DNA of 64,000 nucleotides. Source: Candidatus Saliniplasma sp. (GTDB lineage Archaea > Thermoplasmatota > Thermoplasmata > Halarchaeoplasmatales > Halarchaeoplasmataceae). Where the stretch lies: NCBI GenBank assembly GCA_048622455.1, contig JBMCUO010000001.1, positions 2,437 to 66,436 of the forward strand, given 5' to 3'. Below are positions 17,780 to 26,963 of this stretch, piece after piece. Numbering within the stretch: the first letter of the stretch is position 1; each line of letters starts with the position of its first letter. The position numbers and the translations under genes were made by a program. The notes below the pieces were generated by a model. That model made no database searches and was not told the DNA's origin. It was given only the letters and a program-made list of their open reading frames with translations.

Positions 17780-17998
17780 ATGGCGAACCTCACTGCGATG
17801 CCGGGTTTATTTACAGTTCCATTTACTATTTTTACTATTATGTGTGGCATCGTCGTGTTGACCATAATAGTACTAGTCCTACTCATCGTTCTTCTTAAAG
17901 ATGAAGTGTTCTCAACCACTAAAAAATGTCCCTACTGTATGAAAAGGATCCCAAAAGATGCTGTATGGTGTAAACACTGTAAAAGAGATTTGAGTTAG
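17780..17998 (+). CDS. Small membrane protein with C-terminal zinc ribbon (start moved to the internal ATG to avoid overlap with the GNAT gene)
   Basis: TM helix TIFTIMCGIVVLTIIVLVLLIVLL followed by CPYC...x10...CKHC. Confidence 0.4.
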   Translation: MANLTAMPGLFTVPFTIFTIMCGIVVLTIIVLVLLIVLLKDEVFSTTKKCPYCMKRIPKDAVWCKHCKRDLS

Positions 17999-18059
17999 AG
18001 TGTTAAGAAGGTATACACTAATTAACTATGGATTTCGTAGCCGCATCCATCACCTATAC

Positions 18060-18440
18060 CTACAGATCTGGTGGCGGTGGTGGAGTTTTTTGACTAGGAC
18101 TTTGTCTTGACCTAGAAGGTGAACTGCTCTTGAGTTTTACTGCAGTACCGTACGCAAGAATCTCAGCCCCTCCTTTAGTGATCTGGGAGGTCATAAATCT
18201 TACGTTAACGACGGCATCCGCACCCATCCTTTGAGCATCTTGAACCATCCGGCCTATTGCTTCTTCTCTTGCATCGGTCATAAGGTCTGAGTACGCTTTG
18301 AGTTCCCCGCCGAATATATTTCTTATCCCCTGCGTAAAGTCTCTAACGACGTTTTTTGCCCTTACGGTATTCCCTCTTACGAGACCCAGGTTCTCTACTA
18401 TCTCATCACCAGCTATATCTTCAGTGTTATATATTCGCAT
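18060..18440 (-). CDS. YbjQ/UPF0145 family protein with low-complexity S/P-rich C-terminal tail
   Basis: MRIYNTEDIAGDEIVENLGLVRGNTVRAKNVVRDFTQGIRNIFGGELKAYSDLM... matches the UPF0145 consensus over about 105 aa. Confidence 0.7.
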   Translation of the reverse strand: MRIYNTEDIAGDEIVENLGLVRGNTVRAKNVVRDFTQGIRNIFGGELKAYSDLMTDAREEAIGRMVQDAQRMGADAVVNVRFMTSQITKGGAEILAYGTAVKLKSSSPSRSRQSPSQKTPPPPPDL

Positions 18441-18557
18441 ATGTAAAAATAATGATTGAGATTATTTAAAGTTTAGTCTTTTTAATAACTCAAATTCTGA
18501 GAGACATTAAGTATATAAAAACGGAGAAGTATCATATCTAAAAATCGAGGTATATCT

Positions 18558-19661
18558 ATGAAAGACGCAACGATAAAGGAATTGGTAGAACGGCATGAAA
18601 AGTTAAGAAAAAATGGTATCAATCTTGTCGCCTCCGAGAACCGGGTTTCTGATGACGTGAAGAATGCATTATCATCGGACTTAGTAGGGAGATATCACTC
18701 GGATTATTATGGAGGGACAGAACCCGCTAGAGATATCTTGGATAGAACTGAAGGGTTAGCAAAGAAATTGTTCGGTGTGAAACACGCCTTGATAAAACTC
18801 CTATCGGGTAATTTATGTGACCTCAACGTTCTATTTTCCTTCACCGACCCGGGAGATCAGATAGCCATGATGGATTATGTGAACGGGGGGTACCCATTAG
18901 GTCTGGAAAAGTTCGATAGGAAAAGAGTGTCTCTTCCAGTTAAAAAGGGAACTTATGAGATCGACGTTGAGGAGGCAGGAAAAGTATATAGAAAAAATGA
19001 TGTGAAACTGACTATATTAGGCTCTTCTTACATACCCTTCCCACACCCTGTGAAAGAGATAAAAGGATTTGCTGAAAAGCACTGTGAAGAACATGTTTTA
19101 GTGTTCGATGGATCCCACGTTCTAGGCCTTATCGCTACCGGTGCCTTTCAGGACCCTATCGGAGAAGGGGCAGACGTTTTGATAGGGAGTACCCATAAAT
19201 CGTTTTACGGGCCCCAGGGTGGGATCATATTGACAGATTCTGACGAGTACGTTGAAATTATGCGTAGATACATAGAGATCGACCTGGAAACGGGGATAGG
19301 TCTCATAGATAATCCCCACGCCAACAGGATAGCTGCACTTGGTGCTGCTGTAGAAGAGATGTTGAAAGATCACGGATATGGTGAACGGATTGTCGAGAAC
19401 GCTAAAGAACTGGCTGGAGCGTTAGAGGAATCGGGAGTCCCCATGAGATTTTCTCAGAAAGGATACACAGAGTCGCACCAGATTTTCTTGGATATGGATG
19501 AACAAGAGACTATGAAGTTCTGCAAGAGATTAGAAAAGGAGAATATATTCATAGATATATCTGGAAGGATCGGTTTAGCTGAAGTCACACATATAGGACT
19601 CGAACCAAAAGATATGCATCCGATAGCTGAGAAAATATCAGATATTTATAAAAAGATTTAA
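18558..19661 (+). CDS. Serine hydroxymethyltransferase-like PLP enzyme (archaeal GlyA type, short form)
   Basis: INLVASENRVS, RYHSDYYGG and PLP-lysine segment STHKSFYGPQGGII resemble archaeal SHMT (THKTFPGPQGG); only 367 aa. Confidence 0.6.
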   Translation: MKDATIKELVERHEKLRKNGINLVASENRVSDDVKNALSSDLVGRYHSDYYGGTEPARDILDRTEGLAKKLFGVKHALIKLLSGNLCDLNVLFSFTDPGDQIAMMDYVNGGYPLGLEKFDRKRVSLPVKKGTYEIDVEEAGKVYRKNDVKLTILGSSYIPFPHPVKEIKGFAEKHCEEHVLVFDGSHVLGLIATGAFQDPIGEGADVLIGSTHKSFYGPQGGIILTDSDEYVEIMRRYIEIDLETGIGLIDNPHANRIAALGAAVEEMLKDHGYGERIVENAKELAGALEESGVPMRFSQKGYTESHQIFLDMDEQETMKFCKRLEKENIFIDISGRIGLAEVTHIGLEPKDMHPIAEKISDIYKKI

Positions 19662-19681
19662 TATGAGAGAACTATACGGAT

Positions 19682-20971
19682 TTGCAGGTATATAATATGG
19701 ATAAAAACGCAGCTATTCCGGAAGATGTAGACTCAGTGGCTTTGAAGTTCCTCGACTTGCAGGGTAGGATCAGGGAAATTCGTATAATACCAGACATGCT
19801 GGACATCATCCTTGAAGATGGTATGAGCTTTGACTCATCTAATGTGGGTTTTACAGACGTTTCAGAAAGCGACATGGTCGCTGTTCCCGATCCGGAAAGC
19901 TGTAGGATTTTAGAACTAGATAATGAGAAGATAGCTGTTTTTATATGTGAAATGCACTGGCCTGATGGAAAACTGTTCAAAGGTGATCCTCGGAATCTAT
20001 TGAGAACAACATTAAATGAATTGAAAGAGCAGGGGATCGATGTAAGAGTAAAGCCAGAATATGAATTTCACCTTTTGGATAAAGAAACTATAAAACCTAT
20101 AGATTCAGGCAGATATATCGACGGTAGGAGCGAATTTACTGAGATCGTAGGTAGATTGACAAGATTGGTAAGCAAGTTGGACATGAGAGTCGAGAAGATA
20201 CATCATGAGGCAGGTGCTGGTCAGTACGAAATTGAACCTATGCCTTATGATGATACCTTAAAGGCCGCCGACGATTTTATTTTCGTAAAAGATCTAGTGA
20301 AAAGAGAGGCTGAGAAACTCGGAGCTATCGCTACTTTCATGCCTAAACCGGTCATGGGCGACGCTGGTAACGGTATGCACGTTCATCTATCTCTTATCAA
20401 AGACGGGGAGTATCTTTTTTCTCCTGAAGAATTGAACTCAGAGGCGAAAGGTTTTGTGGGTGGTTTACTTGAACATGCTAAAGCACTTTCAGCCGTCTGC
20501 TCCCCTACGGTGAATTCTTATAGAAGACTGATACCCGGTTACGAAGCCCCGGTCTATATCTCGTGGGGCGGAGAAAACAGAAGTGTTCTTGTCAGGATAC
20601 CAGCTTATGGAAACAAGGAGGAATCAAAAGGCCGGGTAGAGTTCAGAGCCGGAGACGCTACAGCCAATATATACCTGATGTTGAATTCATTGATAAAAAC
20701 TGGCATGGATGGTATGGAAAGAGGTTTGGATCCAGGAGAGGAGTTAAAAGAGGATCTTTTCGAACTCGACATGGATGAGATCTGTGAAAGGGATATCAAA
20801 CTGCTGCCAGAAAGTCTCGAAGAAGCCCTTGACGAGCTGGAAAGGGATGAGGTAGTATCCGATTCGCTTGAAGAATCGTACGAACACTATCTAAGGTTGA
20901 AGAGAGAGGAGAGTCGTGACTTTAAAAGGACTGTAACGGATTGGGAATTAAATACATATTTGGAGTTCTAA
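19682..20971 (+). CDS. glnA: Glutamine synthetase (type I-like)
   Basis: FMPKPVMGDAGNGMHVHLSL, NSYRRLIPGYEAPVYISWGGENRSVLVRIP, 429 aa. Confidence 0.8.
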   Translation: MQVYNMDKNAAIPEDVDSVALKFLDLQGRIREIRIIPDMLDIILEDGMSFDSSNVGFTDVSESDMVAVPDPESCRILELDNEKIAVFICEMHWPDGKLFKGDPRNLLRTTLNELKEQGIDVRVKPEYEFHLLDKETIKPIDSGRYIDGRSEFTEIVGRLTRLVSKLDMRVEKIHHEAGAGQYEIEPMPYDDTLKAADDFIFVKDLVKREAEKLGAIATFMPKPVMGDAGNGMHVHLSLIKDGEYLFSPEELNSEAKGFVGGLLEHAKALSAVCSPTVNSYRRLIPGYEAPVYISWGGENRSVLVRIPAYGNKEESKGRVEFRAGDATANIYLMLNSLIKTGMDGMERGLDPGEELKEDLFELDMDEICERDIKLLPESLEEALDELERDEVVSDSLEESYEHYLRLKREESRDFKRTVTDWELNTYLEF

Positions 20972-21011
20972 CGACCCTAAAATTAATATTCTTAGTTTAC
21001 ATCGTTATACT

Positions 21012-21299
21012 ATGGTGGAAACTATTAAAGTTGAGGGGGAAAAGGATGAACACGATGTAAAGATATACACGTTGAGTACCTGTGGGTGGTGTAAAAAAAC
21101 TAAGAAATTTTTGAAGGAACATGGAGTAGAGTACGAATATATCGATATCGATCTATTAGAGGGGGATGAGCGAAAGGAGGTCATGGAAGAGTTCAAAGAG
21201 TACAATCCAAAAAAGAACTGTCCTACTATCGTAGTTGACGAGGGTGAAACAGTCATCGTAGGATACATGGAAGATGAGATAAAGGAAGTGCTGTGTTGA
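21012..21299 (+). CDS. Glutaredoxin-like (NrdH-like) small redoxin
   Basis: YTLSTCGWCKKTKKFL CxxC active site, thioredoxin fold length (95 aa). Confidence 0.7.
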   Translation: MVETIKVEGEKDEHDVKIYTLSTCGWCKKTKKFLKEHGVEYEYIDIDLLEGDERKEVMEEFKEYNPKKNCPTIVVDEGETVIVGYMEDEIKEVLC

Positions 21300-21799
21300 T
21301 GGATAAAGAGATGTTACAGTACGTGAAGAAGGACGCTGATGAGAACGGTTATTACGTGTGTCCGGATGAAGACCTCCTTGAAGATTTGATAAGCGGGTTG
21401 GTCGAAAACAAAAAAAGGTACGGCTATGCTAGTTGTCCCTGCAGGCAGGCTAGTGGGGTAAAACAGTACGATGTGGATATAATATGTCCATGCGAGTACA
21501 GAGATGCGGATGTTAACGAATACGGGATGTGCTACTGCGGACTTTTCGTTTCTGAAGAAGTAAGAGATGATCCATCTAAATTAGGACCGATCCCAGAGAG
21601 AAGACCTCAATCCATCATAGACGCTGGTCTCGAAGCAAAGGATCAGGGAGCTGAAGAATTTGTGGTCGATGAAAACGAAGATATTAAAGTCTGGAGATGT
21701 TCCGTTTGTGGTTATCTAGCGGCCAGGGAAGAACCTCCTCCTATTTGCCCTATCTGTAAAGCTAAAGCAGAACGATTCGTCGAATTCGAACTAGGTTGA
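21293..21799 (+). CDS. Ferredoxin:thioredoxin reductase catalytic-subunit-like protein with C-terminal rubredoxin domain
   Basis: CPCRQ...x17...CPCEY...CYCGLF cysteine pattern of FTR catalytic chain; C-terminal WRCSVCGY...x17...CPICKA rubredoxin knuckles; overlaps the glutaredoxin gene by 7 nt. Confidence 0.7.
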   Translation: MLMDKEMLQYVKKDADENGYYVCPDEDLLEDLISGLVENKKRYGYASCPCRQASGVKQYDVDIICPCEYRDADVNEYGMCYCGLFVSEEVRDDPSKLGPIPERRPQSIIDAGLEAKDQGAEEFVVDENEDIKVWRCSVCGYLAAREEPPPICPICKAKAERFVEFELG

Positions 21800-21813
21800 T
21801 TGAACTGGGTTGA

Positions 21814-22386
21814 TCAAGGCTTACCCCTCGATTCTCCCCTTACTATACCGGAGGCCACTATGTGACTGATCCTTATGGGTTCGGGTATCCTACCTCTTAT
21901 AGTGAATAGTTTGATGATCCTTTCCACTTTGGATATGTCAATACCTTCTACTTGGACAAAGATCGGTTTGTACTCTGTTTCGACCTTATATATCTTACCG
22001 GCGCTGATTTTTTCGTACTTGAACTCCCAATCTGACAGATGCTCTTTCATAGCTTCTTTGATACCTTCGAAATCAGGTTGATCCCTAGATATACTCACTG
22101 CAGGTATGCCTGTTTCTTCCCATAATCTTTTTAGATCAACAAGGTTAAAGCCCCCTAGTGCAGCACCATCTGTCATTATTATGAACGGTTGGTCAACGAA
22201 TCTAGAGGTGTTTATCATGCTGAGGAGTTTATCAGTTGCATCTGTTCCATCGACCGTGACTTTTGTCGATAAAATTCCTTCAAGGTAGTTAGGTGCCCTG
22301 ACTATACTCCCTACGACTAAAACATCCTCATCTTCGAATTCGAAAGGTGAATCGTCTATGCCCAATACCCTCATCTTCTGTTTCAA
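21814..22386 (-). CDS. DUF99/UPF0215 family protein (endonuclease-V-like fold)
   Basis: RVLGIDDSPF...VVGSIVRAP N-terminus typical of archaeal UPF0215 proteins. Confidence 0.55.
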   Translation of the reverse strand: MKQKMRVLGIDDSPFEFEDEDVLVVGSIVRAPNYLEGILSTKVTVDGTDATDKLLSMINTSRFVDQPFIIMTDGAALGGFNLVDLKRLWEETGIPAVSISRDQPDFEGIKEAMKEHLSDWEFKYEKISAGKIYKVETEYKPIFVQVEGIDISKVERIIKLFTIRGRIPEPIRISHIVASGIVRGESRGKP

Positions 22387-22395
22387 ACAATCACC

Positions 22396-22752
22396 TTACA
22401 ACAAAGAAAGGTCGCCGGTAATCTTATCCAATACATTATTAGGTCCGGGTCCTATACCAAGACATGTGACGGTCCCTGGTTCGACTTCCGTCAAACCTGC
22501 ATCCCTCACAAGACAGGTGGTTAAACCTTCCTTTTCTGCCATCTCTTTTAAAAACTTCATATGTTCAATATCATCACATTTTACGACCACTTTTTTTTGA
22601 CCCTCCTGGTACCACTTTCCAAAATAATTATCGTCGTCTCTGCTGTCCAAGGTACATTTGACCGCAGCGTGGGATACCTGAACAGCCAATTTTCCAGGTG
22701 ATAATTTTAGGTCACGGGAAACCACCAATACCATCTTGTAATCAAAACTCAT
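22396..22752 (-). CDS. pth2: Peptidyl-tRNA hydrolase, archaeal/eukaryal PTH2 type
   Basis: KMVLVVSRDLKLSPGKLAVQVSHAAV ... TVTCLGIGPGP; 118 aa. Confidence 0.85.
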   Translation of the reverse strand: MSFDYKMVLVVSRDLKLSPGKLAVQVSHAAVKCTLDSRDDDNYFGKWYQEGQKKVVVKCDDIEHMKFLKEMAEKEGLTTCLVRDAGLTEVEPGTVTCLGIGPGPNNVLDKITGDLSLL

Positions 22753-22760
22753 TTGATCAC

Positions 22761-23366
22761 CTAATAGAGTTCCTCCGCTCTCATCTTCTCTAACTCTTTA
22801 AGCCTTTCATCGACCTCTTTAAGTTCCGTTTCAGCCCTTTCCTTCTTTTTCTCGTAATGCTTCCTGATACTCTTAGCCTGGGCTCTACTCTTCTTTTTGG
22901 CTTCCTTTATCTGGTATTTCAACTGCTGTCTTCTCCTTGCTAGTTTCTGCATCTCATGGAGTAGATCTTTTTCATCTTCGAACTCTATGTCCTCGGGGCC
23001 CGGTTCTGGAGGGGCGGGTTTTTCAAGTTTAGGGTGCAGCCATCCCATCCATTGATATGCACCCCTGTACCACCCTACCCAGAAGAATAAGATAGTGACC
23101 GAAATAAGCATCAACCAGATATTCGTTCCAACGAAATATCCCATCTCACCCGGTTCTACCGGTATAGAACCCAAAAAGAATCCATTTAAAATTGTAATCA
23201 CTATACTCATCCCCATGCCCAGTGTTATCCTATACAGCATATCGAACTCTTTATCCAATTCTCCTTTCCTAGGGAATAGGGCGTTCACAAGCATAAAACC
23301 AGGTAGAAAGAATATGAACAGCGTAGCTACGAGGAGTCTGAGTATCATCTTTTCACTTATAACCAA
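22761..23366 (-). CDS. Membrane protein with 4 TM helices and charged coiled-coil C-terminus (DUF1616-like)
   Basis: Hydrophobic segments followed by a KR/E-rich heptad-like tail. Confidence 0.35.
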   Translation of the reverse strand: MVISEKMILRLLVATLFIFFLPGFMLVNALFPRKGELDKEFDMLYRITLGMGMSIVITILNGFFLGSIPVEPGEMGYFVGTNIWLMLISVTILFFWVGWYRGAYQWMGWLHPKLEKPAPPEPGPEDIEFEDEKDLLHEMQKLARRRQQLKYQIKEAKKKSRAQAKSIRKHYEKKKERAETELKEVDERLKELEKMRAEELY

Positions 23367-23395
23367 GGTTTTTATAAAAAGTTTATTGAACTTGT

Positions 23396-24382
23396 TCAGT
23401 CGAACTCATCATAGATCTCTCCCAGTAATTCTTCTAAAATATCTTCCAAAGTGATGACTCCGTCAAACTTACCTTTCTCATCCACAACTATCGCCATGTG
23501 GATCCTGTTACGACGCATGATCTCAAAAACGTCAGTTATCTCGTCCTTGTTACTCACATAGAAAGGGTCTTCTCCTATAAAATCTCCTATCTGAGCCCCC
23601 GAAATAGACAAAAGGTCCTTGCTGTATAGTATTCCTATCACCTCATTGCTTTCGTGCTTTGTGACTGGTATCCTGGTGAAACCATGTTCTTTTATGAACT
23701 CTTTTCCCTCATCAACACTCAATTTTTCATCTATGACGAAGGTATCTTCCTTGGGTACTTTTACATCCTTTACTTTTACGTCCCCAAACCAAAAAACCTG
23801 GTGAAGAATATCTTTCTCAATCTCTTTGATAACTCCTTCCCTTTCTAATATAGATGCGAGTTTTCTGACATCTGATTCGGTAACTTCGATATCCTCATCT
23901 TTTGTTTTCCCCCCGAAAAGGTCTATCAGAAAATCAGAGGTATTATCAAGAAGCAGTATCAATGGATTCAATATGATCGATAAATAATAAATCAACTTTG
24001 CATTGATGATGCTGAAGTGTTTATTGTTCTTGATTGCAAAGCCTTTAGGTGTTATCTCCCCAAAGATCAATAATACAATAGTAAGAATACCGACCGTTAG
24101 AGATACCCCCCAGCTACCTATAAGATCGTATGCCATGACCGTTGCTATAGCTGAAGCTGTCACATTGACGAGGTTATTGCCTATTAAAATGGTGATTATC
24201 GTTTTATCCATATCTGATTTTAGTTTGTAAATTATCTCCGCGTTCTTTTTATTATCCACTCTCATGTGTGCTAAATCCATTTTCGAGAGTGACGTTAGGG
24301 CGGTTTCAGAACCGGAAAAGCGTCCACTCAGGTAAACCAATACCGCCAATGATACCAGATAAATAATTAACATCCAATCCAT
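23396..24382 (-). CDS. HlyC/CorC-family transporter (DUF21 membrane domain + CBS pair)
   Basis: N-terminal 4-TM DUF21 region, two CBS motifs (GVITLEDILEELLGEI at C-terminus). Confidence 0.7.
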   Translation of the reverse strand: MDWMLIIYLVSLAVLVYLSGRFSGSETALTSLSKMDLAHMRVDNKKNAEIIYKLKSDMDKTIITILIGNNLVNVTASAIATVMAYDLIGSWGVSLTVGILTIVLLIFGEITPKGFAIKNNKHFSIINAKLIYYLSIILNPLILLLDNTSDFLIDLFGGKTKDEDIEVTESDVRKLASILEREGVIKEIEKDILHQVFWFGDVKVKDVKVPKEDTFVIDEKLSVDEGKEFIKEHGFTRIPVTKHESNEVIGILYSKDLLSISGAQIGDFIGEDPFYVSNKDEITDVFEIMRRNRIHMAIVVDEKGKFDGVITLEDILEELLGEIYDEFD

Positions 24383-24528
24383 TTTGTCTCACTCTTTTTC
24401 TACCGAGATGATTTCATTATATTATTATCTTTCACTTAGTAAGCGACTTAAACAATTTCTGCTTGTATGTAAATCTTTCAGTGGGTTCTTGGTTATGTGA
24501 TACATATTTTTCATCAATATATCTTTCA

Positions 24529-24924
24529 TCAAGTTTCCGTGATCTTATTGATCAATTTATCGATATCTTCAGATTCTATCGTAACATGGATACCACCAAG
24601 GGGTTGGTCTTCATCGGATAGATTTACCTTACGGTTACAGGACGCCTGTTTCGAAAGTGTAAATGAACATCTATCCCCAATTATTCTATCCTTGATATAA
24701 CTGCGAACCGTATCCCTTATCCTCATATTCTGGATTATTTCGGCGAAGGTTTTCAAAGAAGTAGATTCACCTGTAATCTTTTTTTCATTAATTTCCCATA
24801 TAGCTTCCGGGAAGATCTTATTTAGACAATCTATTATCCTGTCAGGGTTCTCAGTAGGATATACAGGGGTTCTGATCTTTACTTTAAATTCAATTTGTTC
24901 TGGATGCATCTCCATTGTTCGCAT
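24529..24924 (-). CDS. UPF0201-family putative RNA-binding protein
   Basis: IEFKVKIRTPVYPTENPDRIIDCLNKIFPE resembles the conserved PTED..KV...N.FP segment of archaeal UPF0201 proteins. Confidence 0.4.
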   Translation of the reverse strand: MRTMEMHPEQIEFKVKIRTPVYPTENPDRIIDCLNKIFPEAIWEINEKKITGESTSLKTFAEIIQNMRIRDTVRSYIKDRIIGDRCSFTLSKQASCNRKVNLSDEDQPLGGIHVTIESEDIDKLINKITET

Positions 24925-24974
24925 GCAGTAATAGATAAAATACTTTGTGATTTTAAAAGTTTTAGAGAAAATAC

Positions 24975-24982
24975 TTTTAAAT
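24975..24982 (+). promoter_or_regulatory. Putative archaeal TATA box for the tRNA-Val gene
   Basis: ttttaaat located about 33-40 nt upstream of the mature tRNA 5' end. Confidence 0.3.
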
Positions 24983-25014
24983 GTGAGTGGGTATAACGTA
25001 TGCGTGAATAACTC

Positions 25015-25088
25015 GGGCTCATAGTCTAGTTGGTTATGATGTCGCCTTCACATGGCGGAGGTCGCCGGTTCGAATCCGGCTGAGCCCA
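25015..25088 (+). tRNA. tRNA-Val (anticodon CAC)
   Basis: 7-bp acceptor GGGCTCA/TGAGCCC + discriminator A. Anticodon arm TCGCC-TTCACAT-GGCGG. T arm GCCGG-TTCGAAT-CCGGC. 74 nt, CCA not encoded. Confidence 0.85.
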
Positions 25089-25108
25089 TTTTTTCACAAA
25101 AAATGGGC
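25084..25108 (+). terminator. Perfect 11-bp inverted repeat overlapping the tRNA-Val 3' end (GCCCATTTTTT-CAC-AAAAAATGGGC)
   Basis: Seen directly; T-run follows the tRNA as in archaeal terminators. Confidence 0.35.
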
Positions 25109-25221
25109 AGTTAGAATCTATGATTCTGACGAGCCCACTATACCCACTATAAAAGGGTATATTTTTAGTGGGGTAAGAGAATGCGCGAGTATTTTGTGTA
25201 TGCCGACTTGAGGTAGATAAG

Positions 25222-25917
25222 ATGAAAACCATAGGTTTGATAGGAGGTATGAGTTGGGAATCCACTCTAGAATATTATAGGATAGTGAATGAGGAAATGA
25301 AGAAAAAACTGGGAGAGGACCACTCTGGCGAACTGGCCATATATTCATTTGACTTTTATGACATCGTAAAACTCCAAGAAGAAGGAGATTGGAAAGTATT
25401 GGAAGATATGATGGTCAAAGCTGGAGAAGGACTCAAACATACTGGTGCTGACTTCCTGCTGATCTGTGCAAATACCATGAACAAGATGGCCGATAAAGTA
25501 GAACAAAGAGTTGGTTTACCTGTTATACACATCGGAGATGCCACCGCTGAAGTTATAAAAGAAAGGGGTATAGATACAGTTGGTCTGATCGGCACCAAGT
25601 ACGTTATGGAGGAGGATTTTTACAGAAGACGGTTGAAAGAAAGACATGATATCGATGTATTGATTCCTGATAAAAGTAACAGGAACAAAGTCCACGAAAT
25701 AATCTACAACGAGTTATGTAAAGGTGTAGTGAAAGAACCTTCGAAAAATAACCTTCTAGACATGATCGATGATCTGTTAGATAGAGGTGCGCAGGGTATA
25801 ATCCTTGGATGTACTGAGATACCTTTGTATATCTCTGAAGAAGAAGTTGGAAGTCCCCTATTCAATACTACTAAGATCCACGCTGAAGCCGCTGTAGATT
25901 ATGCATTAAAAGACTGA
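25222..25917 (+). CDS. Aspartate racemase (Asp/Glu/hydantoin racemase family)
   Basis: MKTIGLIGGMSWESTLEYYR N-terminus and the two conserved Cys-containing segments (LLICANTMN, ILGCTEIPL). Confidence 0.75.
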   Translation: MKTIGLIGGMSWESTLEYYRIVNEEMKKKLGEDHSGELAIYSFDFYDIVKLQEEGDWKVLEDMMVKAGEGLKHTGADFLLICANTMNKMADKVEQRVGLPVIHIGDATAEVIKERGIDTVGLIGTKYVMEEDFYRRRLKERHDIDVLIPDKSNRNKVHEIIYNELCKGVVKEPSKNNLLDMIDDLLDRGAQGIILGCTEIPLYISEEEVGSPLFNTTKIHAEAAVDYALKD

Positions 25918-26107
25918 TCGATCGAAGTGTATAACTTACGTAAGTATGCATACAAAACAGTTATATCCTAGTAAACCAAATCTAACATCCGTAAAAGATG
26001 AGGAAACATAAAGATATGCTCGATGATACCAATCTATCTACAAATATTAATCATAATTTTTTAGGAATATTAATATACCTAGTCACGATTATGCTTAGTA
26101 ATTTGAA

Positions 26108-26112
26108 GGAGG
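26108..26112 (+). promoter_or_regulatory. Shine-Dalgarno GGAGG 10 nt upstream of the cphB ATG
   Basis: gaaGGAGGtgtaaagaggATG. Confidence 0.45.
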
Positions 26113-26122
26113 TGTAAAGAGG

Positions 26123-26962
26123 ATGCCAAAAGGCCAGGTCGTCACTATAGGTGGCAATCTAGATTTCTTCCCAGAAGACCCTATAATAGTAGAATTTTTA
26201 AACAGGATCAGGGAAAATCTTGAACATTCTCCGATGATAGGTATCATCCCTTCTGCTAGTTTGAACCCTATAAGAACGGGAAAAAAATATTCTCACCTTT
26301 TCAGATGTGATGATATTCAAACCAAAGTGATATACCCAGAGGATCGTGAGGAAGCTAACAAAGAGAGTACTATAAGGGATATCGAAGACTGCGACGCTTT
26401 TTTCTTCACCGGTGGAAATCAACTTAGGATCACAGCTTTATTGGGCGGTACACAATCATTAAGAACTATCAAAGAGAAATTCGAGAACGGAGCGTTCATA
26501 GGGGGGACTAGTGCTGGGTCGGTGTGCCTTACCAGGACCATGATCGCTTACGGTAAGAGTAAAGAATCCTTACTACATGGTAAAGTTGAACTTTCTCCAG
26601 GCCTCAACATCATAGAAGATGCGGTCATAGATACACATTTCACAGCTCGAGGGAGATTCCCAAGGTTGGTACATGTTGTTACTGAACATCCCGGGATACT
26701 GGGAGTGGGATTAGGAGAGGATACAGCGGCTTTCTGGGATTTTGAAAAGAAGGAATTCTTTGTAGTAGGATCCAGGAACATAGTGGTGGTTGATGGAAAG
26801 GAGATAGGGCTATCCAGCGTTCCGCATATTAAGTACCGTGAGCCTATCTGTGTAGAGGGTATCATAGTCCATATATTGGGTAATGGCTGGGGTTTCGACC
26901 TCGAGAATAAAAAGCCTTATTTCAACGAGGATTTCAAAGTTACCCACCCAGAAGATTGGTGA
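26123..26962 (+). CDS. cphB: Cyanophycinase (peptidase S51)
   Basis: FFFTGGNQLRITALLGG and nucleophile segment FIGGTSAGSVCL match the CphB consensus (FFTGGDQLRI / GGTSAG); 279 aa. Confidence 0.8.
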   Translation: MPKGQVVTIGGNLDFFPEDPIIVEFLNRIRENLEHSPMIGIIPSASLNPIRTGKKYSHLFRCDDIQTKVIYPEDREEANKESTIRDIEDCDAFFFTGGNQLRITALLGGTQSLRTIKEKFENGAFIGGTSAGSVCLTRTMIAYGKSKESLLHGKVELSPGLNIIEDAVIDTHFTARGRFPRLVHVVTEHPGILGVGLGEDTAAFWDFEKKEFFVVGSRNIVVVDGKEIGLSSVPHIKYREPICVEGIIVHILGNGWGFDLENKKPYFNEDFKVTHPEDW

Positions 26963-26963
26963 T

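Noticed and set aside
25026-25348. Minus-strand ORFs 25026..25265 and 25118..25348
   Set aside because: They overlap the tRNA-Val gene and its terminator hairpin, and they overlap each other in different frames; judged artefacts.
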